In this document: piece by piece, positions 27,212 to 36,110 of the stretch
How the letters are laid out: every line of letters begins with the position of its first letter
How positions within the stretch are numbered: the first letter of the stretch is position 1
DNA from: Halorarum halobium
Lineage (GTDB): Archaea; Halobacteriota; Halobacteria; Halobacteriales; Haloferacaceae
NCBI RefSeq assembly: GCF_032116555.1
Contig: NZ_CP134949.1
Location: 1,736,001-1,800,000 of the forward strand
Reading direction: 5' to 3'
DNA length: 64,000 nt
Made by a program: the position numbers and the translations under genes
Notes under the pieces: generated by a model
Told to the model about the DNA's origin: nothing
The model's input: the letters and a program-made list of their open reading frames with translations, nothing else
Database searches by the model: none

Positions 27212-29278
27212 TCAGAGTTCTTCGAAGTTCAGTTCGTCGGACCACACCAGTTCGAAATCGACCAGCAGCGGCGTCCGCTGTTGTGTGGTCGCCTCCTCGA
27301 GTCGCTCGCGTGAGATGGTCAGCGACGGCGGGACGCTTCCCGCGAGATAGTGGGTACCTTCGTCGGTGAAGAAGTCGACGAACAGGCTCCCGACCCCGTA
27401 GTTCCGCGTCGTGTAGGCCCGATGTACGATCCGGAACGAGTCGGCTCCGGGCTTTTCCCTGGACTTGAGTTCGACGAGCGTCGGCGTGCCGCTCCCTGCC
27501 TGACACAGCGTCACCCCCGCGTCGCCCACGACCGAGTACGCGCCGCCGACGACGTGGACCTTTCGTACCACGTCGAGCACGCCGTGGAGGTCGAAGCCGT
27601 AGTCGAGCAGGCGCGCCATCGTCCGGCCGGCGTTGGTCGCCATGATGTTCCCGACGTCGGTGGTCGTCACGAGCCCGCCGATGCTGCCCGCGCGGACGAG
27701 CTCCATCCCCTGTGCGTAGGAGGTGCAGGCGTTCAGGAGGAACGCCTTCACGCCCGTCGTCTCCAGGGTGTGGAGGTCGAGGTAGCCGTCCGCACACTTC
27801 ATGCCGTCCGCGTCGACGTGGCCGACGAAGTGGAAGAAGTCGTGATCGTCCGCGAGCAGGGAGCGGAGCTGTTCGCGCGAGCGGTCGTAGGCGATGTCGA
27901 TGTCGAACTCGAGGTAGTCGCGGAAGCCGTACAGCTGCTCGGTCTCCTCGCGCATCTCGTCCTCGTTGCAGACCACCTGAACGTCGATGACGTGTGACTC
28001 GGAGGCGGGCTGGTCGATGCGCCGTCGATACGAGCCCACCGTGGGCTTGGACGCCCCGACCGGATAGCCGTCCCCGACCCAGGTGTGACCGACCGTGTCG
28101 ACCGGCTCCGGGGTGACGACCGTCTCGTCCTCGAACGCCGACGCCGGAGTCTCGCCGCCGCAGGAAGCCGCTTCGTTCTCGTCGGACCGGTAGAGCCCAC
28201 CCAGCGATTCCGCGCCGTCCGCCCCGGCGGCCGACGCTGTCGCCGGGTCCCTGATCGCGGACAGGTCGTTGACCACGAACGGGAGCAGTTCGGCGCTCCC
28301 GGGCTCGGCGGCGACGTCGGCGGTCAGGTGCCAGTCGAGCACTCCCGAGAGCGGGTCGGTCGGGACATCGAAATACCGGGCGAGCCGCTCGTCGACCGGC
28401 AACTCGTACAGCGCGGCCGCGTCGATGTCGACCCGGGACTCGACCGTGGCGCGCTCGTGCAGGTCGACGTCGTAGAACCCTTCGGTGCGGACCGCACAGT
28501 CGAGGAGGAACACGTGTTCGAGGAGCGCCTGAGCGGCGTCGGCGAGCCGCCCGTCCGCAAGCGAGTGGGACGCCCCGGCCGCGGTGACCCGCGGCCGGTC
28601 GCCGGGCACCACGGTCGCACCGAGGTAGTAGGCCAGCGTCGACACGGTGTAGACCGACCCCCACTCCGCCGGCACCTCGATGGTGACGCCCGTGTCGGGC
28701 GGACCGGCGAACGAGGGGACCTCGCGCTCGTCGTCGAACGCGACCAGCGGCGGGTGGCCACGAAGCGTCGGGAACGACCGCTCCGGGGAGGTCGTCGCCA
28801 GCGCCGACCCGAACGTCGAAACCGCGTCCATCAGCCCGCGGGGGGATTCGGGGACGGTGACCGTGCCCGCCGGCCGGCCGTGGAACGAGCGCGCGCCGAC
28901 CCGGACGGTCCGATGCTCCTCGAAGCGAAGGCTGGTCCTCCCGGCCTCGCTACCCACCTCGAACGGGCCGTCGAGCCGGAGGTACAGCTTCATCGGCGCG
29001 GAGGACACCTCTAGCTCGTACTCGCCCGCCCCCACCGACGTCTCCCCGCCCGGCGGACAGGAGTCGACGAGTTCGTCGTCGCGCCGGACGTAGACGGCGA
29101 CCGGTTTCCGGAACGCGACGTGGTCGGTTCCGAAGGAGACGGCCGAATCGACCGGGAAGACGAACCCGTCGGTCCCGACGCCGTCGGTTGCCGCGCCCGC
29201 GGTGTCGACGCGAAACACGACGTCCTCGATGTCGTCACGAACGAGGAGGTCGTCCCCGTCGCGCGCGAATCGGATCAC
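27212..29278 (-). CDS. Large (~690 aa) uncharacterised protein with a C-terminal CHAT/caspase-like (clan CD) domain
   Basis: Long acidic ORF; FFHFVGHVDADG and AFLLNACTSY resemble the CHAT HxxGH/xLxAC dyad motifs; start uncertain (GTG 29278 or ATG 29341). Confidence 0.7.
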   Translation of the reverse strand: MIRFARDGDDLLVRDDIEDVVFRVDTAGAATDGVGTDGFVFPVDSAVSFGTDHVAFRKPVAVYVRRDDELVDSCPPGGETSVGAGEYELEVSSAPMKLYLRLDGPFEVGSEAGRTSLRFEEHRTVRVGARSFHGRPAGTVTVPESPRGLMDAVSTFGSALATTSPERSFPTLRGHPPLVAFDDEREVPSFAGPPDTGVTIEVPAEWGSVYTVSTLAYYLGATVVPGDRPRVTAAGASHSLADGRLADAAQALLEHVFLLDCAVRTEGFYDVDLHERATVESRVDIDAAALYELPVDERLARYFDVPTDPLSGVLDWHLTADVAAEPGSAELLPFVVNDLSAIRDPATASAAGADGAESLGGLYRSDENEAASCGGETPASAFEDETVVTPEPVDTVGHTWVGDGYPVGASKPTVGSYRRRIDQPASESHVIDVQVVCNEDEMREETEQLYGFRDYLEFDIDIAYDRSREQLRSLLADDHDFFHFVGHVDADGMKCADGYLDLHTLETTGVKAFLLNACTSYAQGMELVRAGSIGGLVTTTDVGNIMATNAGRTMARLLDYGFDLHGVLDVVRKVHVVGGAYSVVGDAGVTLCQAGSGTPTLVELKSREKPGADSFRIVHRAYTTRNYGVGSLFVDFFTDEGTHYLAGSVPPSLTISRERLEEATTQQRTPLLVDFELVWSDELNFEEL

Positions 29279-29430
29279 CCGCTCGGCTCCCCTTCCGCAG
29301 GGCACGTTCGGCCGGCGTCCGGAGAACCATCGTCCCCCCATCGTCGGTTCATTTTCGCGTCTTTCCCTTTCCGAGACCCGACTAAAGCATTACGTGCCAG
29401 CTATCAGACCGGGGAGTTCGCCGATTCTCC

Positions 29431-31071
29431 TCAGCGACGCCAGAACTCCGGGGTGAGACAGGCCAGCACCGGGATGATCTCGAGCCGACCGATCCACATC
29501 AACGCGACCATCAACACCTTCCCGAACTCCGAGAAGGACCGATAGCTTCCCATCGGCCCCAGGACGCCAAAGCCCGGCCCGACGTTGCCGAGCGTCGCGG
29601 CGACCGCGCTCATCGCCTCCAGCACCGTCAGCCCCTGCCCGACCCGGACGGTGTCGAAAAACAGCACTAGCGTCCCGACGAAGAACAGCACGACGTACAG
29701 CAGCGTGAACGAGAAGATGCCCCGGATCGCCCGCTCGTCGAGCGGCTGCCCGTTCAGCCGGACCGGCCTGACGGCTTGCGGGTGGGCGGTCGTGAACAGC
29801 TCACGGCGGACGGTCTTCAGGATGACGTACCAGCGGACGACCTTCACGGCCCCGCCGGTCGACCCCGCGGAGCCGCCGATGAACATCCCGAACAACAGCG
29901 TGTACTGGAGGGGCTGGCTCCAGGTGTTGAAGTCGATGCTCGCGTAGCCGGTCGTGGTGACGATGGAAACCACCTGAAACAGCGCGTGCCGGATCGCCGG
30001 TTCGACGCTGCCGTCGACGGTACCGACGGTGTTCTGCAGGTACGCCGCCCCGTAGGTGGCACTCGCCGGCGAGGTCCCGACGAAGCCGGCACCGGCGAAC
30101 AGCAGTCCCGCGACGATCGCGGTCAGCGCACCCATGACGCCGAGGTAGACGTGCCACTCCTGGTCGTCGAGGAGTCGGTCGAAGTCGCCGGTCAGCGCGT
30201 GCCAGAACAGCGCGAAGTTCGTCCCCGCCGCGACCATGAACGGGATGATGACCCACTGGACCGCGGCCGAGAACGCCTCGATCGATCGCGCCTCCGGCGA
30301 GAACCCGCCGGTCGGCATCGTCGTGAGCCCGTGGGCGACGGCGTTGTACAGGCCCATGTTCGGCGCGAGGCCGGGGGTCCCGAATAGGGGGCCGGCAACG
30401 TGGAGCCCGTAGAGCAGACAGATCTCCAGCAGCGTGAACCCCATGTACGCGCCCCAGAGCGCCCGCGCGGTCTCGGCGATTCGCGGGGTCAGCTTCTCGA
30501 TCCCCGGACCGGGCGCCTCCGCGTCCATCAGCTGTGCGCCGCCGACGGACAGTTCCGGGAGGATCGCCACCGCGAGCACGACGATGCCCATCCCGCCGAG
30601 CCACTGGGTCAGCTGCCGCCAGAGCATGATCCCGCGGGTGTGCGTCTCGAAGGAGATGTCGCCGAGGACGGTCGCACCGGTGGTGGTGAACCCGGACATC
30701 GACTCGAACAGCGCGTTCACCGGGTTGGCGAGCGTCGAGTCGGGGTTGATCGGCGCGACGAGCCCCGGGACGCCGTAGGCCTCCACGAGATACGGCACCG
30801 CGCCCACGACGGCGACCGTGAGCCAGGTGAGCGCGACCATCAACAGCCCCTCGCGCGCGCCGATGTCGGGGTCTGGGTCGAGCCGTTCGAGCGCCGTCCC
30901 GAGCGTCGCCGCGAGGAGAATCGTGACGACGAACGGCGCGACCGGCTCGTCGTAGTAGACCGAAACGAACAGCGGCACGAGCAGCGGGATCGAGAGGTAG
31001 CGGAGAACCGTGCCCAGGAGGCTCAGGCTGGCCCGGTACCGAACCGTGAGCGACCACCCGTTTCGGGACAT
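29431..31071 (-). CDS. trkH: Trk potassium-uptake membrane subunit
   Basis: FESMSGFTTTGAT, QWLGGMG, TGGFS, TTTGY, GGSAGSTGG, GNVGPG, GRLEI. Confidence 0.93.
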   Translation of the reverse strand: MSRNGWSLTVRYRASLSLLGTVLRYLSIPLLVPLFVSVYYDEPVAPFVVTILLAATLGTALERLDPDPDIGAREGLLMVALTWLTVAVVGAVPYLVEAYGVPGLVAPINPDSTLANPVNALFESMSGFTTTGATVLGDISFETHTRGIMLWRQLTQWLGGMGIVVLAVAILPELSVGGAQLMDAEAPGPGIEKLTPRIAETARALWGAYMGFTLLEICLLYGLHVAGPLFGTPGLAPNMGLYNAVAHGLTTMPTGGFSPEARSIEAFSAAVQWVIIPFMVAAGTNFALFWHALTGDFDRLLDDQEWHVYLGVMGALTAIVAGLLFAGAGFVGTSPASATYGAAYLQNTVGTVDGSVEPAIRHALFQVVSIVTTTGYASIDFNTWSQPLQYTLLFGMFIGGSAGSTGGAVKVVRWYVILKTVRRELFTTAHPQAVRPVRLNGQPLDERAIRGIFSFTLLYVVLFFVGTLVLFFDTVRVGQGLTVLEAMSAVAATLGNVGPGFGVLGPMGSYRSFSEFGKVLMVALMWIGRLEIIPVLACLTPEFWRR

Positions 31072-31170
31072 ACACGCTGGCACTCCAGTCGACCGTAAGA
31101 AGGCCTCGCTTTCGGGACAGCGGCCCCGTGTGTCCCGGTTTCCGTGCTCGAACCCGAACCAGTCGGCCGA

Positions 31171-32673
31171 TCAGGACCGCCAGTACGCCGGCGTGAGCAG
31201 CACGAGCACCGGGACGATCTCCAGCCGGCCGACCCACATCAGGACCGTCATCAGCAGCTTCGACGACCGGGGGAACGGGGCGTAGCTGTCGAACGGGCCC
31301 GCCAGGCCGAACGCCGGCCCGATGTTGAGGAACGTCGAGGCGGCGGCACCGAGCGCCTCGAACTCCGAGAGCGCGAGGCCGACGCGGGCCGCGTCGACGA
31401 CGAGCAGTACCGCCCCCAGGAAGAAGCCGACGATCACCAGCAGCGTGTACGCGTAGATGTCCTGGACGGCCTCCTCGTCGACCGGCCGCCCGCTCAGCCT
31501 GACCGGCCGGACCGCTTCCGGGTGGACGGTCGTGTAGAGGTCACGACGGAACGCGCGGAGGATGACGAGCCAGCGGAGCGCCTTCACCGAGCAGGTCGTG
31601 CTGCCGGCCATCCCGCCGACGAACATCAGCATGAAGAGGACGTGCTTGGCCGAGGCGGGCCAGACGGTGTAATCGAGCGTCGCGTAGCCGGTCGTGGTGA
31701 CGATCGAGACCACCTGGAACGCGGAGTGGCGGAGCGTCTCCTCCCCGAGCGGGCCGTTCCCGGGCGTGACGAGCAGCAACGCGAACACCAGCGCTGACGC
31801 GCCCGCGAGCACGGCGACGTAGAAGCGGAACTCGTCGCTTCGTCGGATCCGGGAGCGGTCGCCACCGAGCAGGTGATACAGCAGGACGAAGTTCGTCGCA
31901 CCGACGGTCATCACCAGCACGAACGCCCACTGGACGGCCGGCGAGAACGCGCCGGCGCTGTCGGGCCGCGGCGAGAACCCGCTGGTCGAGATGGAGGTGA
32001 ACGCGTGTGCGACCGCGTCGTAGGGGGTCATCTCGGGTGCCAGCCCCGAGACCCGCAACGCGAGCAACAGCCCGACGGTACCGACGGTGAGCAGGACGTA
32101 TAGCCCCCAGATGATGCGGGCGGTGTCGATGAGTCTCGGCGTGAGCTTGTTGACGTCCTCGAGCTGGGATTCGGTCTCCATGAGCTGTGCGCCGCCGACG
32201 CCGAGCGTCGCCAGCACCGCCGTCGCGAGCGCGAGGATGCCCAGCCCGCCGAGCCACTGGAGGAGCGAACGCCAGAGCAGCAGCGACCGCGGCTGTGCGC
32301 CGAAGTCGACGACGACCGTCGCGCCCGTCGTCGTGATGCCGCTCATCGACTCGAACAGCGCGTACTCGGGCCGTGCGATCGCTCCCGCGCCGCCGAGCAC
32401 GAACGGGACCGCGCCGACCAGCGCGATGGCGAGCCACACGAGCGACACCGCGAGGTACGCCTCGCGGGGCCCGACGTTCTCCGCGTCCCAGCGACCGATT
32501 CGCTCCAGGGACAGCCCGACGGCGAGCGAAACGGCGGCGGCCGCGAGGAACGGCCCGAGCGCCTCGTCGTACCAGAGCGCCGCGACGACCGGAACGGCCA
32601 GCGCGAGCGTGAGCCAGCGGAGCACGCGGCCCAGGATGCCGGCGCTGACCCGCCAGTCGACGCGGAGACTCAC
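31171..32673 (-). CDS. trkH: Trk potassium-uptake membrane subunit
   Basis: FESMSGITTTGAT, STSGFS, TTTGY, NIGP, GRLEI; GTG start overlaps the trkA stop. Confidence 0.92.
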   Translation of the reverse strand: MSLRVDWRVSAGILGRVLRWLTLALAVPVVAALWYDEALGPFLAAAAVSLAVGLSLERIGRWDAENVGPREAYLAVSLVWLAIALVGAVPFVLGGAGAIARPEYALFESMSGITTTGATVVVDFGAQPRSLLLWRSLLQWLGGLGILALATAVLATLGVGGAQLMETESQLEDVNKLTPRLIDTARIIWGLYVLLTVGTVGLLLALRVSGLAPEMTPYDAVAHAFTSISTSGFSPRPDSAGAFSPAVQWAFVLVMTVGATNFVLLYHLLGGDRSRIRRSDEFRFYVAVLAGASALVFALLLVTPGNGPLGEETLRHSAFQVVSIVTTTGYATLDYTVWPASAKHVLFMLMFVGGMAGSTTCSVKALRWLVILRAFRRDLYTTVHPEAVRPVRLSGRPVDEEAVQDIYAYTLLVIVGFFLGAVLLVVDAARVGLALSEFEALGAAASTFLNIGPAFGLAGPFDSYAPFPRSSKLLMTVLMWVGRLEIVPVLVLLTPAYWRS

Positions 32674-34007
32674 AGCCGGGCGGTCAGCCCTTCGGCGACG
32701 TCCGCGGGGGCGAAGGCGACGACGTGGTCGCCCGCCTCGATGACGGTGTCACCGCGGGGGGTGACGAACGCCCCGTTTCGCGTGATCGCCCCGAACACCA
32801 CCCGCTCGGGGAGGTCCGCGACCGAATCGAGGATCGTCCGTCCCGCGAGGGGGCTGTCCTCGCCCACCTCGATCTCGATGACCTCGGCCTTGTCCGACTC
32901 GATGAGCGCGACGTTCTCCGCGGTCCCCTCGCGGGTGAACCGCGTGATCTCCTCGGCGACGACCGCCCGCGGGCTGATGGCGACGTCGACGCCGACCGTC
33001 TCGAACAGGTCGATGTACGGGTCGCTGTCGACGATCGACACCGTTCGCCCGACGCCGAGTCGCTTCGAGAGCAGGCAGGCGAGCAGGTTCTTCTCGTCGG
33101 AGTCGAGGGTGCTGACGAGCACGTCGGCGTCCGCGATGTGCTCCCGTTCCAGAAAGTCCACGTCGGTCGCGTCCGACTGGAGCACGACCGCGTTCGGCAG
33201 GTCCTCGGCGAGTTCCCGCGCCCTGTCGGCGTCCTGCTCGATGTACCGGACCGAGACGTCCCGCTCCTCGAACAGCCGCGCGACGTGGTAGCCGACCTCC
33301 GAGCCCCCGACGACGACCACCTCGTTCACCTCGTCCTGCTCGTCGATGCTGGCGACCGTCGAGGCGAACTCGCGGACGCTTCCGGGGCTCCCGATGACGA
33401 CGAGGCGGTCCTCGCCCTCGATCACCGTCTCGCCGGTCGGGATGATGACCGCGTCCTCACGCAACAGCGCCGCGAAGGTGAGCGAGTCGAAGCGGTCCGC
33501 CTCCGCGACCGTCTGGCCGGCGACGTCGCTGTCGGGCGCGACCTCGAACTCGGCCATCTGCACCTTCCCGCCCGCGAAGGGGTCGACGTCGAGCGCGCCC
33601 GGCAGGCCGACGACCCGGACGATCGACTGGGCCGTCAGCAGGTTCGTACAGACCATGAAGTCGATGCCGAACGCCGTGTTCGACCGCCGCCAGGTCTTCA
33701 GGTACTCGGTCTTCTTCACGCGCGCGATGGTGAACGCCTCGCTGATCGCTTTCACCGTCGAACAGGCGACGATGTTCGTCTCGTCGTCGTCGGTCGAGGC
33801 GATCACCATGTCCGCGTCGGCCACGCCCGCCTCCTCGAGCGTGTCGACGGAGGTGCCGTCCCCGTTGATGGTCAACACGTCGAGGCCGTAGGTGAGTTCC
33901 TCACAGCGCTCCGGGTCCTCCTCGACGACGATGACCTCGTTGGACTCGTCGAGATCAGCCGCGATGGACTCGCCGACCTGCCCCGCGCCGATGATGACGA
34001 CCCGCAC
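32670..34007 (-). CDS. trkA: Trk potassium-uptake protein TrkA (full length, two RCK pairs)
   Basis: Two Rossmann motifs (IIGAGQVG, VVGGSEVG) each followed by a TrkA-C domain; GTG start chosen. Confidence 0.93.
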   Translation of the reverse strand: MRVVIIGAGQVGESIAADLDESNEVIVVEEDPERCEELTYGLDVLTINGDGTSVDTLEEAGVADADMVIASTDDDETNIVACSTVKAISEAFTIARVKKTEYLKTWRRSNTAFGIDFMVCTNLLTAQSIVRVVGLPGALDVDPFAGGKVQMAEFEVAPDSDVAGQTVAEADRFDSLTFAALLREDAVIIPTGETVIEGEDRLVVIGSPGSVREFASTVASIDEQDEVNEVVVVGGSEVGYHVARLFEERDVSVRYIEQDADRARELAEDLPNAVVLQSDATDVDFLEREHIADADVLVSTLDSDEKNLLACLLSKRLGVGRTVSIVDSDPYIDLFETVGVDVAISPRAVVAEEITRFTREGTAENVALIESDKAEVIEIEVGEDSPLAGRTILDSVADLPERVVFGAITRNGAFVTPRGDTVIEAGDHVVAFAPADVAEGLTARL

Positions 34008-34112
34008 TAGGCGCACACCCCGTTCATTGTGTGGCCCCACAGTCGGGGGCGGTATGAGGGTTCCGACCGACCGCGTGCCCGTGTGGCCCTCACCCGGCCG
34101 GTCACGTCGCCC

Positions 34113-34655
34113 TCAGAACGCCTGCCCGTCGCTCCGCACGTCCAGTCGCACGTCGCGGTTACGTCCTTCGAGTTCGCGCACGGCCCGCTCGATGATGCGC
34201 TCTGCCTCCTCGCGGATGAGCGGCTTCACCCGATCGAGCACCCAGTCGAACGAGACGAACGCGGGGAGCGACACGGCGGAGGCGTCCGCCGAGTCCGCAT
34301 CGAACCGAACCTCGAAGGTCACCCGACAGCCCTCGGTCGCGTCGGCAGGCGCCTCCTCGGGGAGTTCCTCGAACGGTTCGATCCGCCAGTGGCCGCGGGC
34401 GTCGATGTCCTTTCTCACCCGCCAGTCGATGCGCGTCGGCGGGTCGACGTCGGTGACCTCCGATCGTGCGGTGTAGGTGAGCTTCCACCAGGAGAAGCGA
34501 AGCGCGTAGCGGCTTCCCGCGCCGCCGTCGCCGTGGGTCCGCGAGACGCGGTCGAGGTACTCGGTGTAGCGCGAGTAGCCTTCGAAGTCCAGCAGGAACT
34601 CGTAGGCCGCCGCGGGCGGCACGTACACGTCGGTCGAGACGACGAGTTCGTCCAC
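34113..34655 (-). CDS. SRPBCC/START-like (polyketide cyclase) family protein
   Basis: YEFLLDFEGYSRY, PPTRIDW and GHWRIEP patterns. Confidence 0.8.
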   Translation of the reverse strand: MDELVVSTDVYVPPAAAYEFLLDFEGYSRYTEYLDRVSRTHGDGGAGSRYALRFSWWKLTYTARSEVTDVDPPTRIDWRVRKDIDARGHWRIEPFEELPEEAPADATEGCRVTFEVRFDADSADASAVSLPAFVSFDWVLDRVKPLIREEAERIIERAVRELEGRNRDVRLDVRSDGQAF

Positions 34656-34773
34656 GCCCCATCCTGTCCGGGAGTTCAGGTAAGGGTTCCGGGGGACAGG
34701 ACGGGTCAGGCGAGGCGTCCGAGGGTACCGGATGCCTCACGTCCAGGGCGCCGTGTGTGACCGTGGCTCGTTG

Positions 34774-34823
34774 TTAGGTCGGCCAAAAGATCGCAGGGCT
34801 TACTTACCTTTAGGCAAACCAAA
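34774..34823. promoter_or_regulatory. Two imperfect TTAGG-N4-CCTAA operator-like sites (DtxR/Idr-type)
   Basis: ttaggtcggccaaa (34774-34787) and ttaggcaaaccaaa (34810-34823), directly upstream of the siderophore-binding protein ATG. Confidence 0.7.
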
Positions 34824-34828
34824 AACCG

Positions 34829-35989
34829 ATGCGACGACGAGACTTCATCGGCGCGGGTGCCGGTGCGCTCACGACGGGACTGGTCGGCTGTCTGAACTCG
34901 AACGATTCGGGGGCCGGAACGCCGACGGACGAAGCGACGGACGCGCCGACCGTAGAACCGACCGAGGAACCGACCGACGCCGCCACGCCGGAATCGGCGA
35001 GCTACACGGTGTCGATGGCTCCGGTCGGCGACGTGACGTTCGACGCGGTGCCCGAGACGTGGGTTGCCAACAACGGGAGTTGGGCCGACATGGGCATCGC
35101 GCTCGGCATGGAACCGCCGAAGGGCGTCTGGCTCACGGGCCGCTATCACACCCAGTACTACGACGGCATTGACGGCGTCTCCGTCGACAAGAGCGGGATG
35201 GTCGACCTGTCCCAGGACGGCGTCAGCAAGGAACTGTTCTACGAACTCGAGGGCGACTTCCACGCCATCGACCCGAACTTCCTGATGAACCGGTTCGACG
35301 GCTGGGAGCAGGCCGACATCGACGAGGTCGAGGCGAACATCGGGCCGTTCTTCGGCAACAGCATCTTCTCGCGTGGCTACACCTGGCACGAGGATTACCA
35401 GTACTACGGCCTCATGGAGGCGTTCGAGAAGCTCGCCCGGGTGTTCCAGCGGACGGATCGCTACGAGGCGTTCGCCTCGCTCCACGAGGAGTTTCAGGCG
35501 TCGATCTCCGAGATCGTCCCGCCGGAGGGCGAACGCCCCGCGGCCGCCGTCCTCTGGGCGGGCGGCGACCAGCCCGAGGCGTTCTTCCCGTACGTCATGA
35601 GCGAGGGAACGAGCTTCAAGCAGTGGAACGACCTCCGGGTCCGGGACGCACTTGCCGAGACGGACGTGAAGGACTTCCACAGCAACCGCGGCCAGATCGA
35701 CTACGAGACGCTGCTCGAAGTCGACCCCGAAATCATCCTGCTCCGCGGTCAGGAGGCCAAGACCGGCGAGGAGTTCCGGAACACCGTCCTCTCCTTCATG
35801 GAGGACCACGACGTGGCGAGTTCGCTCACCGCGGTCCAGCGCGACGACGTCTACCGCGGCGGCCCGCTGTATCAGGGGCCGATCACGAACCTCGTCGTCA
35901 CCGAACGCGCCGCCTCCCAGGTGTACGACGTCGAAGACGAACTGTTCGACCGGAGCCGAGTGGCCGACATCGTGAACGGCGACGCCTGA
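34829..35989 (+). CDS. Iron-siderophore ABC substrate-binding lipoprotein (Tat-exported)
   Basis: MRRRDFI twin-arginine motif, LVGC lipobox, IDYETLLEVDPE; FecCD permease downstream. Confidence 0.88.
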   Translation: MRRRDFIGAGAGALTTGLVGCLNSNDSGAGTPTDEATDAPTVEPTEEPTDAATPESASYTVSMAPVGDVTFDAVPETWVANNGSWADMGIALGMEPPKGVWLTGRYHTQYYDGIDGVSVDKSGMVDLSQDGVSKELFYELEGDFHAIDPNFLMNRFDGWEQADIDEVEANIGPFFGNSIFSRGYTWHEDYQYYGLMEAFEKLARVFQRTDRYEAFASLHEEFQASISEIVPPEGERPAAAVLWAGGDQPEAFFPYVMSEGTSFKQWNDLRVRDALAETDVKDFHSNRGQIDYETLLEVDPEIILLRGQEAKTGEEFRNTVLSFMEDHDVASSLTAVQRDDVYRGGPLYQGPITNLVVTERAASQVYDVEDELFDRSRVADIVNGDA

Positions 35990-36062
35990 GACGGGCGACG
36001 ACGACGGGCCACCCGTCGATACCTCCCCCGCGGGAGGGACGGACCGAAGGCCTTTTGCTGAA

Positions 36063-36076
36063 TTAGGGCGGCCTAA
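36063..36076. promoter_or_regulatory. Perfect TTAGG-N4-CCTAA operator-like palindrome
   Basis: ttagggcggcctaa, 35 nt upstream of the permease ATG at 36111. Confidence 0.75.
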
Positions 36077-36110
36077 ATGACATGCACTGTCGGATCGGGG
36101 GCGGTCGGTG

